A stretch of DNA of 38,092 bases, the filler included, from Dehalococcoidia bacterium (GTDB taxonomy: Bacteria > Chloroflexota > Dehalococcoidia > DSTF01 > JACRBR01): assembly GCA_041494685.1 (NCBI GenBank). It is 11 parts of 11 records of this genome, joined end to end, with 100 filler letters (N's around TTAATTAATTAA, not from the genome) between each part and the next. Parts side by side here need not be neighbours in the genome. Positions count along the whole stretch, not along the records: positions 1 to 8,345 come from JBGQBE010000072.1; positions 8,446 to 14,974 come from JBGQBE010000073.1; 9 more parts are not named here. One strand, 5' to 3'. The notes below the pieces were generated by a model, which worked only from the letters and a program-made list of their open reading frames with translations, was not told the DNA's origin and searched no databases. How positions within the stretch are numbered: the stretch's first letter is position 1; every line of letters starts with the position of its first letter. Both the position numbers and the translations under genes were made by a program. Below are positions 1 through 10,202 of this stretch, one piece after another.

Positions 1-633
<633 letters not shown>

Positions 634-748
634 TACATCTACTTCCGGGCGCGATTTGCGGTTGCCGCGGCAGCCGTGTCCCAACGTGTTGTTTCCCTAT
701 TCTCCGCCACGTACGGACGTCTTCGTCCGTGCGCGGCGGCAGGCGCGT

Positions 749-823
749 CGCGGGGTGGAGCAGTGGCAGCTCGTCGGGCTCATAACCCGAAGGTCGGAGG
801 TTCGAATCCTTCCCCCGCTACCA
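749..823 (+). tRNA. tRNA-fMet (initiator, anticodon CAT)
   Basis: Cloverleaf with acceptor CGCGGGG/CCCCGCT (1:72 mismatch), three consecutive G-C pairs closing the anticodon stem TCGGG-CTCATAA-CCCGA, T-loop TTCGAAT and encoded CCA. Confidence 0.97.
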
Positions 824-913
824 AAGCTGGAATACTGGACGCTGGATGCCGGCCGGATCACACGATGATCCGCTCCGGCGCCGGCGACCGGTGGCCCGTT
901 CCCAATTGAATAT

Positions 914-1032
914 TCCTGGTGCTTAGAGCGAGGTGGCCCCACCCGTTCCCATCCCGAACACGGAAGTGAAACGCCTCAGCGCCGACGATACTGGGGGAGC
1001 AATCCTCTGTGGAAAATAGGCCAGTGCCAGGG
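914..1032 (+). rRNA. rrf: 5S rRNA
   Basis: Terminal helix CCTGGTGC/GTGCCAGG and conserved CCCATCCCGAACACGGAAGTGAAAC and GCGCCGACGATACT. Confidence 0.97.
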
Positions 1033-1037
1033 TATAT

Positions 1038-1067
1038 GAGAGCCCCAAGCGAAAGCGCGGGGCTCTC
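1038..1067 (+). terminator. Hairpin after 5S rRNA (putative terminator/processing stem)
   Basis: GAGAGCCCC...GGGGCTCTC 9-bp stem enclosing GC-GAAA-GC; no U-tract. Confidence 0.5.
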
Positions 1068-1215
1068 GCCTTGCCCGCGGTCGGTGGGGGGCGCGTGCCG
1101 ATCGAGCGCTATGCGTATAGGATTGACGCAAGTGCCACGAGACCAGAACTTCGCGATGTATCTGGTGCGCTTGGCGACCACATCGGATCCCGACATGAAA
1201 GCAGGCGGGGCCAGC

Positions 1216-3282
1216 ATGAATTACGATGGGCAACGAGCTCTTGAGCTACTTCGCCTCGGCTCAAACCGAGATGATGTTGGCTTTCGCGAAGGCCAGGAGG
1301 AGGCCATCCGGCACATCGTCGAGGGGCAAGGACGATTACTCGTTGTGCAGAGGACCGGCTGGGGAAAGAGCTTTGTTTACTTCATCGCAACCAAGTTGCT
1401 GCGCGAGGCTGGCACCGGTCCGGCGTTACTCATCTCGCCACTGCTTGCACTGATGCGCAACCAGATCGCGGCAGCTGAACGCATGGGCCTGCGGGCCGTG
1501 ACGATCAATTCCGACAACCAGGATGACTGGGGTGACATCGAACGACTGATCCGCCGCAAAGAGGTAGACATTCTGCTCATCTCACCGGAACGCCTGGCCA
1601 ACGAGCGCTTTCGCAGCGAAGTGCTTGCGGGCGTGGCGGAAAACATCGCGCTACTTGTGGTAGATGAGGCGCACTGCATTTCGGATTGGGGGCACGATTT
1701 CCGACCCCATTACCGCTTACTGGAACGCATCGTGCGCACGCTACCGCCGAGCCTGCGACTGCTGGCGACAACTGCGACGGCAAACGACCGTGTGATGGAC
1801 GATCTGCGCGAGGTGCTCGGACCGAACCTCGCGGTCCAGCGGGGTGACTTGAACAGACCGTCACTAATGCTTCAGGCGATTCGCTTGCCGAGCCAGGCGC
1901 AGCGTCTTGCCTGGTTGGCCGCTCAGGTTCCGTCTCTGTATGGTTCCGGGATCATCTACACGCTGACGGTGCGTGATGCCGAACAGGTAGCAGCATGGCT
2001 CAGTTCACGAGGCCTGAATGTCGAGGCATATTCGGGAGAAACTGGCGATCGTCGCCCTGAGCTTGAGCAAGCGCTCCTCGAGAACCGCGTTAAGGCTCTC
2101 GTCGCCACCACCGCGCTCGGGATGGGTTTCGACAAGCCTGATCTCTCGTTCGTGATCCACTACCAGACACCGGGATCAGTCGTGGCCTATTACCAGCAGG
2201 TCGGCCGGGCGGGCCGCGCCCTCGAATCGGCCTACGGCGTGCTACTGAGCGGCGACGAGGACACCGACATCACGGACTACTTCATCGAAAGTGCATTCCC
2301 TACGCGGGAGGAAGTACGACGCGTGATTGACGCACTTGAAGCAGCGCCGCACGGGCTATCCGTGCCGGATCTCCTCGCCCGCGTCAATTTGAGCAAGGGT
2401 CGCGCTGAGAAGGCGCTCGCACTTCTTTCCTTGGAATCGCCGGCGCCCGTCGTTAAGGAGGGCGCGAGGTGGCAGTTGACAGTGGCGCACGTAAGCGAAG
2501 CCTTCTGGGACCGAGCGGAGCGCCTTACCAAACTGCGCCGCGACGAGCAGCGCCAAATGCAGCGCTACGTGAGCCTGGATGCCGGACACATGAAGTTCCT
2601 GATCGAGGCGTTGGACGGGGATCCTGCCACGATCCGCACTCCGATCCTGACGCCGCTCCCGACGGCACTTGATGATGATCTAGTGCGAGAGGCAGTTCAG
2701 TTTCTGCGTCAAACCAGTTTGCCCATCGAACCTCGCGCGCTATGGCCTGCAGGCGGGATGCCGCAGTATGGTCTCAGCGGGCGTATCGGCGTGCATCAGG
2801 CTCAGCCTGGAAGGGCTCTCTGCACATGGGGCGATGCGGGCTGGGGTGATCTGGTGCGCTGGGGTAAGTACCGGGACAGACGCTTCTCGGACCAGCTGGT
2901 AGAAGCGGTCGCACGTATGGTGCAAGAGTGGAGCCCGCAGCCACCGCCGGCCTGGGTGACGTGCATTCCCTCACGTCGGCACCCGGAGCTGGTGCCTGAC
3001 TTCGCCAGGCGGCTGGCTGGCGCATTGCAGTTACCATTCAAGATGGTGCTCGAGAGAACTGAAGATCGGCCTGAGCAGAAGACGATGGCGAACAGTATCC
3101 AGCAGGCTCGAAATGTGGACGGCGCGCTGGGCATCGACACAAGCCCCCTACCTGCCGGCGCAGTTCTGCTTGTGGATGACATGGTGGATTCCCGCTGGAC
3201 ATTCACTGCTGCGGCGTGGCTGCTTCGCTCGCGGGGCAGTAGTGAGGTGTGGCCGCTGGCGCTCGCCGTGACGGGACACTGA
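1216..3282 (+). CDS. RecQ-like helicase with C-terminal phosphoribosyltransferase domain (RqlH-like)
   Basis: Walker [47 protein letters not shown] and a C-terminal PRTase motif [13 protein letters not shown]. Start moved to ATG 1216 because the ORF-track start at 1009 lies inside the 5S rRNA. Confidence 0.9.
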   Translation: MNYDGQRALELLRLGSNRDDVGFREGQEEAIRHIVEGQGRLLVVQRTGWGKSFVYFIATKLLREAGTGPALLISPLLALMRNQIAAAERMGLRAVTINSDNQDDWGDIERLIRRKEVDILLISPERLANERFRSEVLAGVAENIALLVVDEAHCISDWGHDFRPHYRLLERIVRTLPPSLRLLATTATANDRVMDDLREVLGPNLAVQRGDLNRPSLMLQAIRLPSQAQRLAWLAAQVPSLYGSGIIYTLTVRDAEQVAAWLSSRGLNVEAYSGETGDRRPELEQALLENRVKALVATTALGMGFDKPDLSFVIHYQTPGSVVAYYQQVGRAGRALESAYGVLLSGDEDTDITDYFIESAFPTREEVRRVIDALEAAPHGLSVPDLLARVNLSKGRAEKALALLSLESPAPVVKEGARWQLTVAHVSEAFWDRAERLTKLRRDEQRQMQRYVSLDAGHMKFLIEALDGDPATIRTPILTPLPTALDDDLVREAVQFLRQTSLPIEPRALWPAGGMPQYGLSGRIGVHQAQPGRALCTWGDAGWGDLVRWGKYRDRRFSDQLVEAVARMVQEWSPQPPPAWVTCIPSRRHPELVPDFARRLAGALQLPFKMVLERTEDRPEQKTMANSIQQARNVDGALGIDTSPLPAGAVLLVDDMVDSRWTFTAAAWLLRSRGSSEVWPLALAVTGH

Positions 3283-3283
3283 A

Positions 3284-4492
3284 ATGAGTTCATCCATCTC
3301 AACTGCTACGCAGGCCGCCTTACTTCTGACGGCGCCATTGCTTGTGGGACGCGTCCCCGGCTCGATTAGCCCGCTGACGCCGAGGGAGTACAGGCGCCTG
3401 GCAGCATTCCTCTGCGAGATACATCGTGATGTGGCTGATCTGTTGGCGCCCGGCGCGAACGACTTGGTGACGGAGTGCGGGACGATCGTTGATCCGGAGC
3501 GTCTAGAACGATTGCTGGCCCGCGGCCTTCTATTGAGCCAGGCGATTGAGCGCTGGCAGGCGCGGGCGCTTTGGGTCATGAGTCCTACAGATGCCGGTTA
3601 TCCGGCGCGACTGCAGGCTCGACTCGCCGACCATGCCCCAACCCTACTTTACGGGTGCGGAGACGCGGCAATCCTCAACACGGGGGGGCTAGCGGTTGTT
3701 GGTTCCCGGCGCGCAAGCGACTTCGTCATTCAGTACACGGAGGGAATCGGTCGGTTCGCTGCTGAAGCTGGTTGCACGCTTGTTTCTGGTGGCGCGCACG
3801 GCGTCGATTCCGCCGCGATGGGCGGTGCGCTCGAAGCCGGAGGCAGGGCCGTAGGCGTGCTGGCGGATGGCCTCGAACGAGTCGCCCTAAATCGCGACAA
3901 CCGCCAGGTCCTGATGCAGGGGCAGTTGGTCCTGACATCTCCCTACGATCCAGCCGCTGGCTTTAGCGTAGGGAACGCGATGCAGCGCAACAAACTCATC
4001 TACGCGCTGGCGGAGTCGGCCTTGGTCGTCAGCTCTGACCTCGACAAGGGGGGAACGTGGGCCGGCGCAGTTGAACAGCTGGAGAAGCTGCACCTCGTAC
4101 CCGTCTACATCAGATCGACGGGAGAGGTTGGTCAAGGACTAGAGACTCTGCAGCGCAAAGGCGCGCTGCCGTGGCCGAATCCGGAGACGCCCGATGCCTT
4201 CGCCGAGACCGTCGCGTCAGTCGGGTCTGAGCCATCGAGCTCGGCCGAGGAATCTGCGGAGCTCCAATTCGCCAGACTTCGGGAATTTGCCGCAACCATG
4301 ACGTCGTCGAGAACCGAGGCCGACGTAGCAGACAACCTGCAGATCTCCAAGAAACAGGCGCGGGCGTGGTTGACACTCCTGGTCGACGAGGGAGTAATCG
4401 AGAAGCTCCCAAGACCGGTCCGATACAAGACCCGGTCATCACAGGGTTCGCTGTTTGAGCAGCCAAACCAGCGTGGCCGAACGAGACCATGA
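3284..4492 (+). CDS. DprA/Smf (SLOG) family protein with C-terminal winged HTH (RqlI-like)
   Basis: [43 protein letters not shown]-like [18 protein letters not shown]; starts 1 nt after the helicase stop. Confidence 0.9.
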   Translation: MSSSISTATQAALLLTAPLLVGRVPGSISPLTPREYRRLAAFLCEIHRDVADLLAPGANDLVTECGTIVDPERLERLLARGLLLSQAIERWQARALWVMSPTDAGYPARLQARLADHAPTLLYGCGDAAILNTGGLAVVGSRRASDFVIQYTEGIGRFAAEAGCTLVSGGAHGVDSAAMGGALEAGGRAVGVLADGLERVALNRDNRQVLMQGQLVLTSPYDPAAGFSVGNAMQRNKLIYALAESALVVSSDLDKGGTWAGAVEQLEKLHLVPVYIRSTGEVGQGLETLQRKGALPWPNPETPDAFAETVASVGSEPSSSAEESAELQFARLREFAATMTSSRTEADVADNLQISKKQARAWLTLLVDEGVIEKLPRPVRYKTRSSQGSLFEQPNQRGRTRP

Positions 4493-4864
4493 TCGCCGGC
4501 GCTGCGCTGAGTCCGACCTGTCGCACGGAGGGTTCACACTTCGGCCGTGCGGAAGATGATGATGGCCTGGTGCATCCTTGCGGCAGGCCATCTTGCGGTG
4601 CGATCGTCGCGGTCCTTGCGGCGATGGCGGGGCGAGACGAGCGGGACCAGCGGTGCGTGCGGCGCCCTGCACGAGCGAAGGCGCTCGCTGCGGCCTCGCA
4701 TCGCGCCCCGAGCCGCGGTTGCGCGACGTGCTGGGTATGCTGTTGCCGGCGGTGGGCGGTTGCCGCTTGCCCTGCGCGCTGGCAAGGCCAACGCGGCGAT
4801 TGCACGGGAGCCGCCGTTGCGTCAACACGGTGCGGGCGCGCGCCGGCGACTGGAAGATGACCGC

Positions 4865-5623
4865 GTGACCGAGCCGCGACTCCCCGCCACCACCTCTGAC
4901 GCCGTCGACGCGCAGCGCGCGTACTATCGCGAAACCGCCGGTACGTACGACGCGATGCGCGAGTGCGAGGCAGAGCACGGGGCGGCGCTGGCGCTCATCG
5001 TGCCGTACCTGGCGCGCCTGGGCTCCGCCAGCGTGCTGGACACCGGCTGTGGTACCGGGCGAGCGATGCGCGCGATCGCCAGCGCGCTGCCGGGCGTGCG
5101 GGTGCACGGCAACGACCCGTCGCCCGAACTGCTGCGCGTGGCCACCGAGCAGCACGGCATCCCGGCGTCGGCGCTGGACTGCGCCGGCAGCGACCCGCTG
5201 CCGTACGCGGACGGGTCTTTCGACGCCGTGATCGCGACGGGGATCATGCACCATGTGCCGGATCCGGGCGCCGTGGTCGCGGAGATGCTGCGGGTGGCGC
5301 GGCAGGCGATCTTCATCTCGGACTGCAACATCTACGGCAGCGGGCGGTTGCCGGTGCGCCTGGCCAAGCTGGCGCTTGCGCGGGTCGGGCTGCTGCGTCC
5401 GCTCAACCGGATGCGGCGTGGCGGCCACGACTGGTTCGAGAGCGAGGGCGACGGCGTGGTGTGGAGCTACAGCGTGTTCGACTCTCGCGGACAGATCGCG
5501 GCGGCCTGCGCGGAGACGCTCGTGATCCCGACCGCGCCGCGTCCCAGTGCCGCCATGCCCATGTTGCAGAGCACGCACTGCCTGGTGTGCGGCTTCAAGG
5601 AGCGCCTGCCCGACGTTGAGTGA
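4865..5623 (+). CDS. Class I SAM-dependent methyltransferase
   Basis: VLDTGCGTG motif I, LPYADGSFDAV, MHHVPDP...EMLRVAR. Start GTG 4865 inferred. Confidence 0.85.
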   Translation: MTEPRLPATTSDAVDAQRAYYRETAGTYDAMRECEAEHGAALALIVPYLARLGSASVLDTGCGTGRAMRAIASALPGVRVHGNDPSPELLRVATEQHGIPASALDCAGSDPLPYADGSFDAVIATGIMHHVPDPGAVVAEMLRVARQAIFISDCNIYGSGRLPVRLAKLALARVGLLRPLNRMRRGGHDWFESEGDGVVWSYSVFDSRGQIAAACAETLVIPTAPRPSAAMPMLQSTHCLVCGFKERLPDVE

Positions 5624-5726
5624 TCCGCCGTCTCGCTGGCCAGACAACGGAAGATGGCCCGTCGCATCCGTGCGTGGCGCGCGCTGCACGGAGAAGTAGG
5701 AAGGCGTACCGGGCGGTGGTGGCAAC

Positions 5727-5754
5727 TTGTATTATCCAATCGGCCGAATACACT
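5727..5754 (+). promoter_or_regulatory. Putative sigma70 promoter for the response regulator
   Basis: TTGTAT-N16-TACACT in an AT-rich patch upstream of 5906. Confidence 0.4.
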
Positions 5755-5905
5755 ACATGAACCAACGTGCGGTCACGACAGCAGATTGACTGGACGCCGG
5801 GGCGGCCGATCGGGCGTCACGGCGCTGGGGCAGAATCCGGGGCGCGGGGCGGTGTGGAGCGTGCGGGTGCGCCACCGGTCTGGATGAAGCGCAGCGGGGG
5901 GCCGG

Positions 5906-6598
5906 ATGAACCGCGAGCCACAGGTACTGCTAGTCGACGACGACCCCGGGATCCGCAAGGTGGTGACGCGCACGCTCGAATCGGCGGGCATCCCGATGAT
6001 GTCCGTCGGCGATGGCGCCAGTGCGCGCGCCGCGCTAAAGGAGCGCGACTTCCCGCTGGTGCTGCTGGACGTACACTTGCCGGACGTGAGCGGGCTGGAC
6101 CTCTGCGAGGAGATCCACTCCGAGCACGACTCGGCGGTCGTGATGCTGACGGTCGTCGTGGATGAGAGCGACGTGGTGCGGGCGCTGGAGAGCGGCGCGG
6201 ACGACTACATCCGCAAGCCGTTTGGCACGCGCGAGCTGCTGGCGCGGGTGCAGGCGGTGTTGCGGCGGTCGCAGGTGCAGGATGGCGTGCTGCAGCCCGT
6301 GATCAGCGCGGGCCCGTTGACGCTGGACAGCAAGAGCTATCGCGCGAACATGCGCGGCGAGCCGCTGCCGCTGACGCCGACGGAGTACCGGCTGCTGGCG
6401 TTCCTCGTGCAGAACGTGGGCCGCGTGCTGACGCACGACCAGCTGCTGCACTTCGTGTGGGGCGCGGGGTACGAGGGCGAGCACCACATGCTGCACGTGA
6501 CGATGAGCCGCCTGCGGCAGAAGCTGGGTAGGCTCTCGGACTTGACGATGATCCGCACGACGCCCGGGATCGGCTACGAGTTCGTAGCGCCGGTCTAG
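5906..6598 (+). CDS. OmpR/PhoB-family response regulator
   Basis: LLVDDD, LLDVHLPDVSG, GADDYIRKPF receiver domain; LTPTEYRLL...LRQKL...TPGIGY winged helix. Confidence 0.95.
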   Translation: MNREPQVLLVDDDPGIRKVVTRTLESAGIPMMSVGDGASARAALKERDFPLVLLDVHLPDVSGLDLCEEIHSEHDSAVVMLTVVVDESDVVRALESGADDYIRKPFGTRELLARVQAVLRRSQVQDGVLQPVISAGPLTLDSKSYRANMRGEPLPLTPTEYRLLAFLVQNVGRVLTHDQLLHFVWGAGYEGEHHMLHVTMSRLRQKLGRLSDLTMIRTTPGIGYEFVAPV

Positions 6599-8345
6599 GC
6601 GTCCCGCGATTGGTCCAGCACGTCCCGCACCTTGCGGGCGAGGGCGCTGGGTGCGAACGGCTTCTGCAAGAACTCGATGGCGTGCTCGCTGAGGCTGCGG
6701 CGCAGGACGGCGTCGTCGGTGTAACCGGACATGAAGAGCACGCGCTGCCCGGGGCGTCGTTCGCGGACCGCCTGGGCGAGCTGGTTCCCGTTCATTCCCG
6801 GCATCACGACGTCCGTCAGGAGCAGGTCGAACTTCTCGCCGCTGTCCGCGACGGCGAGCGCGCGTTCGCCGTCGGGCGCCTCGATGACCTTGTATCCGAG
6901 GTCGTTCAGCACGCGGGCGGCCAGACGGCGCACCTGGGGCTCGTCTTCCGCGAGCAGGATGGTCTCGGATCCGAAAGGCAGTGGCTGGGCCCGGCCTGGC
7001 TCGTCCTCCACGGCGGCTTCCTCCACACAGGGCAGGTAGATGCGGAACGCGGTCCCCTTGCCGGGCTCGCTCTCGACGAAGATCTGGCCCTCGGCCTGCT
7101 GGACGATGCCGTAGCACGTGGCGAGCCCGAGGCCCGTGCCGCGGCCGACGGCCTTGGTGGTGAAGAACGGCTCAAAGAGGTGCTGCTTGACCTCGTCGGT
7201 TATGCCCGTGCCCGTGTCGGCCACGGTGAGCACGGAGTGACGCCCCCGGCCCCGGCCCACGTCGATGGTGACGGCGCCGGTGCTGATGGTGAGCGTGCCG
7301 CCGTCAGGCATCGCGCCGCGGGCGTTGAGGGCCAGGTTGACCAGCACCTGCTCGAACTGGCCGCGATCGACCTTGACGCGGCCGGTGTCGGGCGCGGCGC
7401 TGATGACGAGGCCGACGTCTTCGCCGATGAGGCGGCGGAGCATCTTCTCGGTACCGAAGACGATGTCGTTCAGCTCCATCACGCGCGGCTCGACCAGCTG
7501 GCGGCGCGAGAAGGAGAGGAGCTGCTGGGCGAGGTTCGCGGCCCGCTGCGCCGTGCTGTGGATCTCTTCCAGGTCCTCGCGGAGCTGCTCCTCCGGCGGG
7601 AGCGAGATGAGGTCCAGCTCGACGTGGCCGATGATCACGGTCATCAGGTTGCTGAAGTCGTGGGCGACGCCGCCGGCGAGCCTCCCGAGGCTCTCGATCT
7701 TCTGGGAGCGGATCACCTGCTCCTCGAGCTGCCGGGCCTCAGTGATGTCGTCGGCGGCGCCGACAGCTCCGACGACGTCGCCGGCGACGGTGATGGGGTT
7801 GATACGGAAGCGGATGCGGCGGACGCCACCGTCCTTGCGGACGAGGTTGGCCTCGATCGTGGCCGTCGGCCGGCCTTGCGCGAACACAGCGCCGACCTCG
7901 GTGGCGATACGCGCGAACTCGTCGTCGGTGAAGAACCGCCGCATATCGCCGCCGATAACCTCGTGCGCCCGCCAGCCGAAGATCTTCTCGGCAGCGGCAT
8001 TCCATGAGACGACCCGGGTCTCCGTGTCGAACGAGATCACGGCCAGCGGCGATGCGCCGACCATCGCCTCCAGGAACTCGCTGCGCTCGCGCAACCGCTC
8101 GGCCGTCGCGCGGAACTCGTCCGCGCCGGAGAGCCAGCGTGGCATGGCGTACACGCTGGCGACGGCGAGGGCGGCCACGCCGGCGATGCGGGCGGTCTCT
8201 TCCCAGAGGACGTCTTGCGCCGTATGGACGCCGAGCGCGAGGAGGATCGCGAAGCCGGCCGGCGCGAGCAGCATGGCGAGCGCGGCCTCGCGGCGGCCGA
8301 CGAAGCAGGCTACCAGCAGCGAAAGCGCCAGGTAGCTGAGGACGA
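6595..8345 (-). CDS. Membrane PAS hybrid histidine kinase (CckA-like), 5'-truncated
   Basis: TM segments, PAS ([11 protein letters not shown]), H-box [11 protein letters not shown]-box [29 protein letters not shown] and a C-terminal receiver. Frame is open to the contig edge. Confidence 0.93.
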
Positions 8346-8445
8346 NNNNNNNNNNNNNNNNNNNNNNNNNNNNNNNNNNNNNNNNNNNNTTAATTAATTA
8401 ANNNNNNNNNNNNNNNNNNNNNNNNNNNNNNNNNNNNNNNNNNNN
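8346..8445. other. Artificial contig spacer (first of ten: also 14975-15074, 18247-18346, 21141-21240, 23925-24024, 26634-26733, 29183-29282, 31537-31636, 33776-33875, 35960-36059)
   Basis: 100-nt N-run with a central TTAATTAATTAA all-frame stop; genes are truncated at these edges. Confidence 0.99.
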
Positions 8446-8447
8446 CG

Positions 8448-9038
8448 CTCTACGCCCAGGGCGAGCAGGTGCACTGCGCGGTCTGGCCGGCGTACTCGTC
8501 ACAGAACACCCACATCGACTTCGGCACGCGCCAGTATGCGTTCGAAGGCGCCTGCTTCGTCGTCTCGTCGTGCGGCATCCTCATGCCCGGCACGCTCCCG
8601 AAGAGCCTCGGTGGCGAGTCGGTCACGGCAAACGGCGGCAGTGGCATCATCGGACCGAACGGCAACTACCTGGCCGGCCCCGTCTACGACCGCGAAGAGA
8701 TCCTCTACGCGGAGATCGACCTCGAGGACGCGATCCGCGAAAAACACTCGCGCGACGTCGCCGGCCACTACGCGCGGCCCGACGTGCTGCAGCTCGTCGT
8801 GAACGCACGCCGCAAGCCGGTCGCGATCTTCTCCCAGGACGAAGCGCGCCCCCCGATCGCCGGCATCGACGGCGCCACGGCCGAGGCCGTCGTCGACCGG
8901 CTCGAAGCGGTGCGCGAGTACCTCGGCAGCCTGATCACGCGGATCTCCAGCGACGGCGACGACGAGGCGAATGCGGCGATCGCCGAGGCGCTGGCGTCGA
9001 TCGACATGGCCGCGTCGGGGATCTGGAGCCCGACCTAA
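8448..9038 (+). CDS. Nitrilase (carbon-nitrogen hydrolase), 5'-truncated
   Basis: LYAQGEQVHCAVWP, YAFEGACFVVS, GGSGIIGPNG, EEILYAEIDL, DVAGHYARPDVL. Confidence 0.9.
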   Translation, partial: LYAQGEQVHCAVWPAYSSQNTHIDFGTRQYAFEGACFVVSSCGILMPGTLPKSLGGESVTANGGSGIIGPNGNYLAGPVYDREEILYAEIDLEDAIREKHSRDVAGHYARPDVLQLVVNARRKPVAIFSQDEARPPIAGIDGATAEAVVDRLEAVREYLGSLITRISSDGDDEANAAIAEALASIDMAASGIWSPT

Positions 9039-9041
9039 CCC

Positions 9042-9743
9042 GTGCCCAAGCCCGATGCCAGCCGCGAGCCCAACCGCACCAACGCCGCGCCGACAGCGAG
9101 CGTGCGCGGCAAGATGCGCCGCCGCCCGTTGCCCTACGATGCGGACACCGCGCGCAAGCACATCGTGAAGCGCGATCCGGTGATGCGCGACATTGTGAAG
9201 CAGATCGGCCCGTTCGAGCTGGAAGTGCGCGGCGATCCGTACCAGTCCCTGCTCCGCGCGATCCTCTACCAGCAACTCGCCGGGCCGGCGGCGGCGGCGA
9301 TCGAGCGTCGCTTCCTCGCAATCTTCGGCGGCGGCATCCCGACCGCGGGACAGCTGCTCGCCGCGGCCGACGAGGACCTGCGCGCGGCGGGCGTGTCGCG
9401 CCAGAAATCGGGCTACATGCGCAGCCTGGCGGAGCAGTTCGCAGCCGGCGGCCTGTCCGACCGCCTGATCCGGCACTCCAGCGACGAAGACGTGATCGCG
9501 GAAGTGACGCGCATCAAGGGCGTCGGCCGCTGGACGGCCGACATGCTGCTGATGTTCTGCCTGGGCCGGCCCGATGTGCTGCCCGTCGGCGACCTCGGCG
9601 TGCAGAACTCGATGCGTACGGCGTACGGCCTCGGCCGCCAGCCGACGCCGGCGCAGATGGAAGAGATCGCCGAGCCCTGGCGACCGTACCGCAGCGCCGC
9701 GACCTGGTACCTCTGGCGCCGCACCGACCTGGTCACGATGTAG
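9042..9743 (+). CDS. alkA: DNA-3-methyladenine glycosylase II (AlkA/HhH-GPD family)
   Basis: AILYQQLA, HhH motif IKGVGRWTADM, LPVGDLGV, WRPYRS. The true start may be ATG 9114. Confidence 0.9.
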   Translation: MPKPDASREPNRTNAAPTASVRGKMRRRPLPYDADTARKHIVKRDPVMRDIVKQIGPFELEVRGDPYQSLLRAILYQQLAGPAAAAIERRFLAIFGGGIPTAGQLLAAADEDLRAAGVSRQKSGYMRSLAEQFAAGGLSDRLIRHSSDEDVIAEVTRIKGVGRWTADMLLMFCLGRPDVLPVGDLGVQNSMRTAYGLGRQPTPAQMEEIAEPWRPYRSAATWYLWRRTDLVTM

Positions 9744-9745
9744 CG

Positions 9746-10123
9746 ATGCACGAGGTACCGGCCGAGGAATTCGAAGGCATGGTGGCGCGCGCGGTTGAGG
9801 CGCTGCCGGAGACCTTCCGCGCGCGCATCGCCAACCTCGACTTCAGCGTCGAAGAGTGGGCCGTCCCTGAGGACTACGCGCGCACACGCTCGCCCGGCGG
9901 CAGTACGATGCTGGGCGTCTACCGCGGCATCCCGCTCTCGCGGCGCGGCAGCGGTTATCACATGGCGTTGCCGGACCGCATCGTGATCTTCCGGGGGCCA
10001 CTGCAACGGCTGGCCATCGACCGGGCCGATCTTGAGGAGCGCGTCGCGCACGTCGTGCGGCACGAGGTCGCACACTACTTCGGCATCAGCGACGACCGGC
10101 TGCGAGAGATCGACGCGTACTGA
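9746..10123 (+). CDS. Zincin-like metallopeptidase family protein (DUF1025-like)
   Basis: LGVYRGIPL, PDRIVIFRGPL, HEVAHYFGISDDRL (HExxH). Confidence 0.9.
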   Translation: MHEVPAEEFEGMVARAVEALPETFRARIANLDFSVEEWAVPEDYARTRSPGGSTMLGVYRGIPLSRRGSGYHMALPDRIVIFRGPLQRLAIDRADLEERVAHVVRHEVAHYFGISDDRLREIDAY

Positions 10124-10202
10124 AGAGCTGTGAGCTGTTGGCAGGCTGCGATCTGCGGATTCTTCCGTACCGTTGCCCGCAGCTAACTGCTAACGGCTTT
10201 CT

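Noticed and set aside
1068..4864. Integrative element at the tRNA/5S locus
   Set aside because: No integrase or transposase, and I could not find a duplicated tRNA/5S end or other direct repeat at the right boundary.
4439..8335. Long antisense or alternate-frame ORFs (4439-5725, 6035-7117, 6610-8007, 7265-8335) and similar ones throughout the window
   Set aside because: Typical high-GC shadow frames overlapping well-supported genes; Arg/Ala/Pro-rich with no motifs.
8346..8445. Regularly recurring TTAATTAATTAA flanked by Ns (10 copies)
   Set aside because: Artificial contig-joining linker, not a biological repeat or CRISPR. Adjacency across these spacers carries no meaning.
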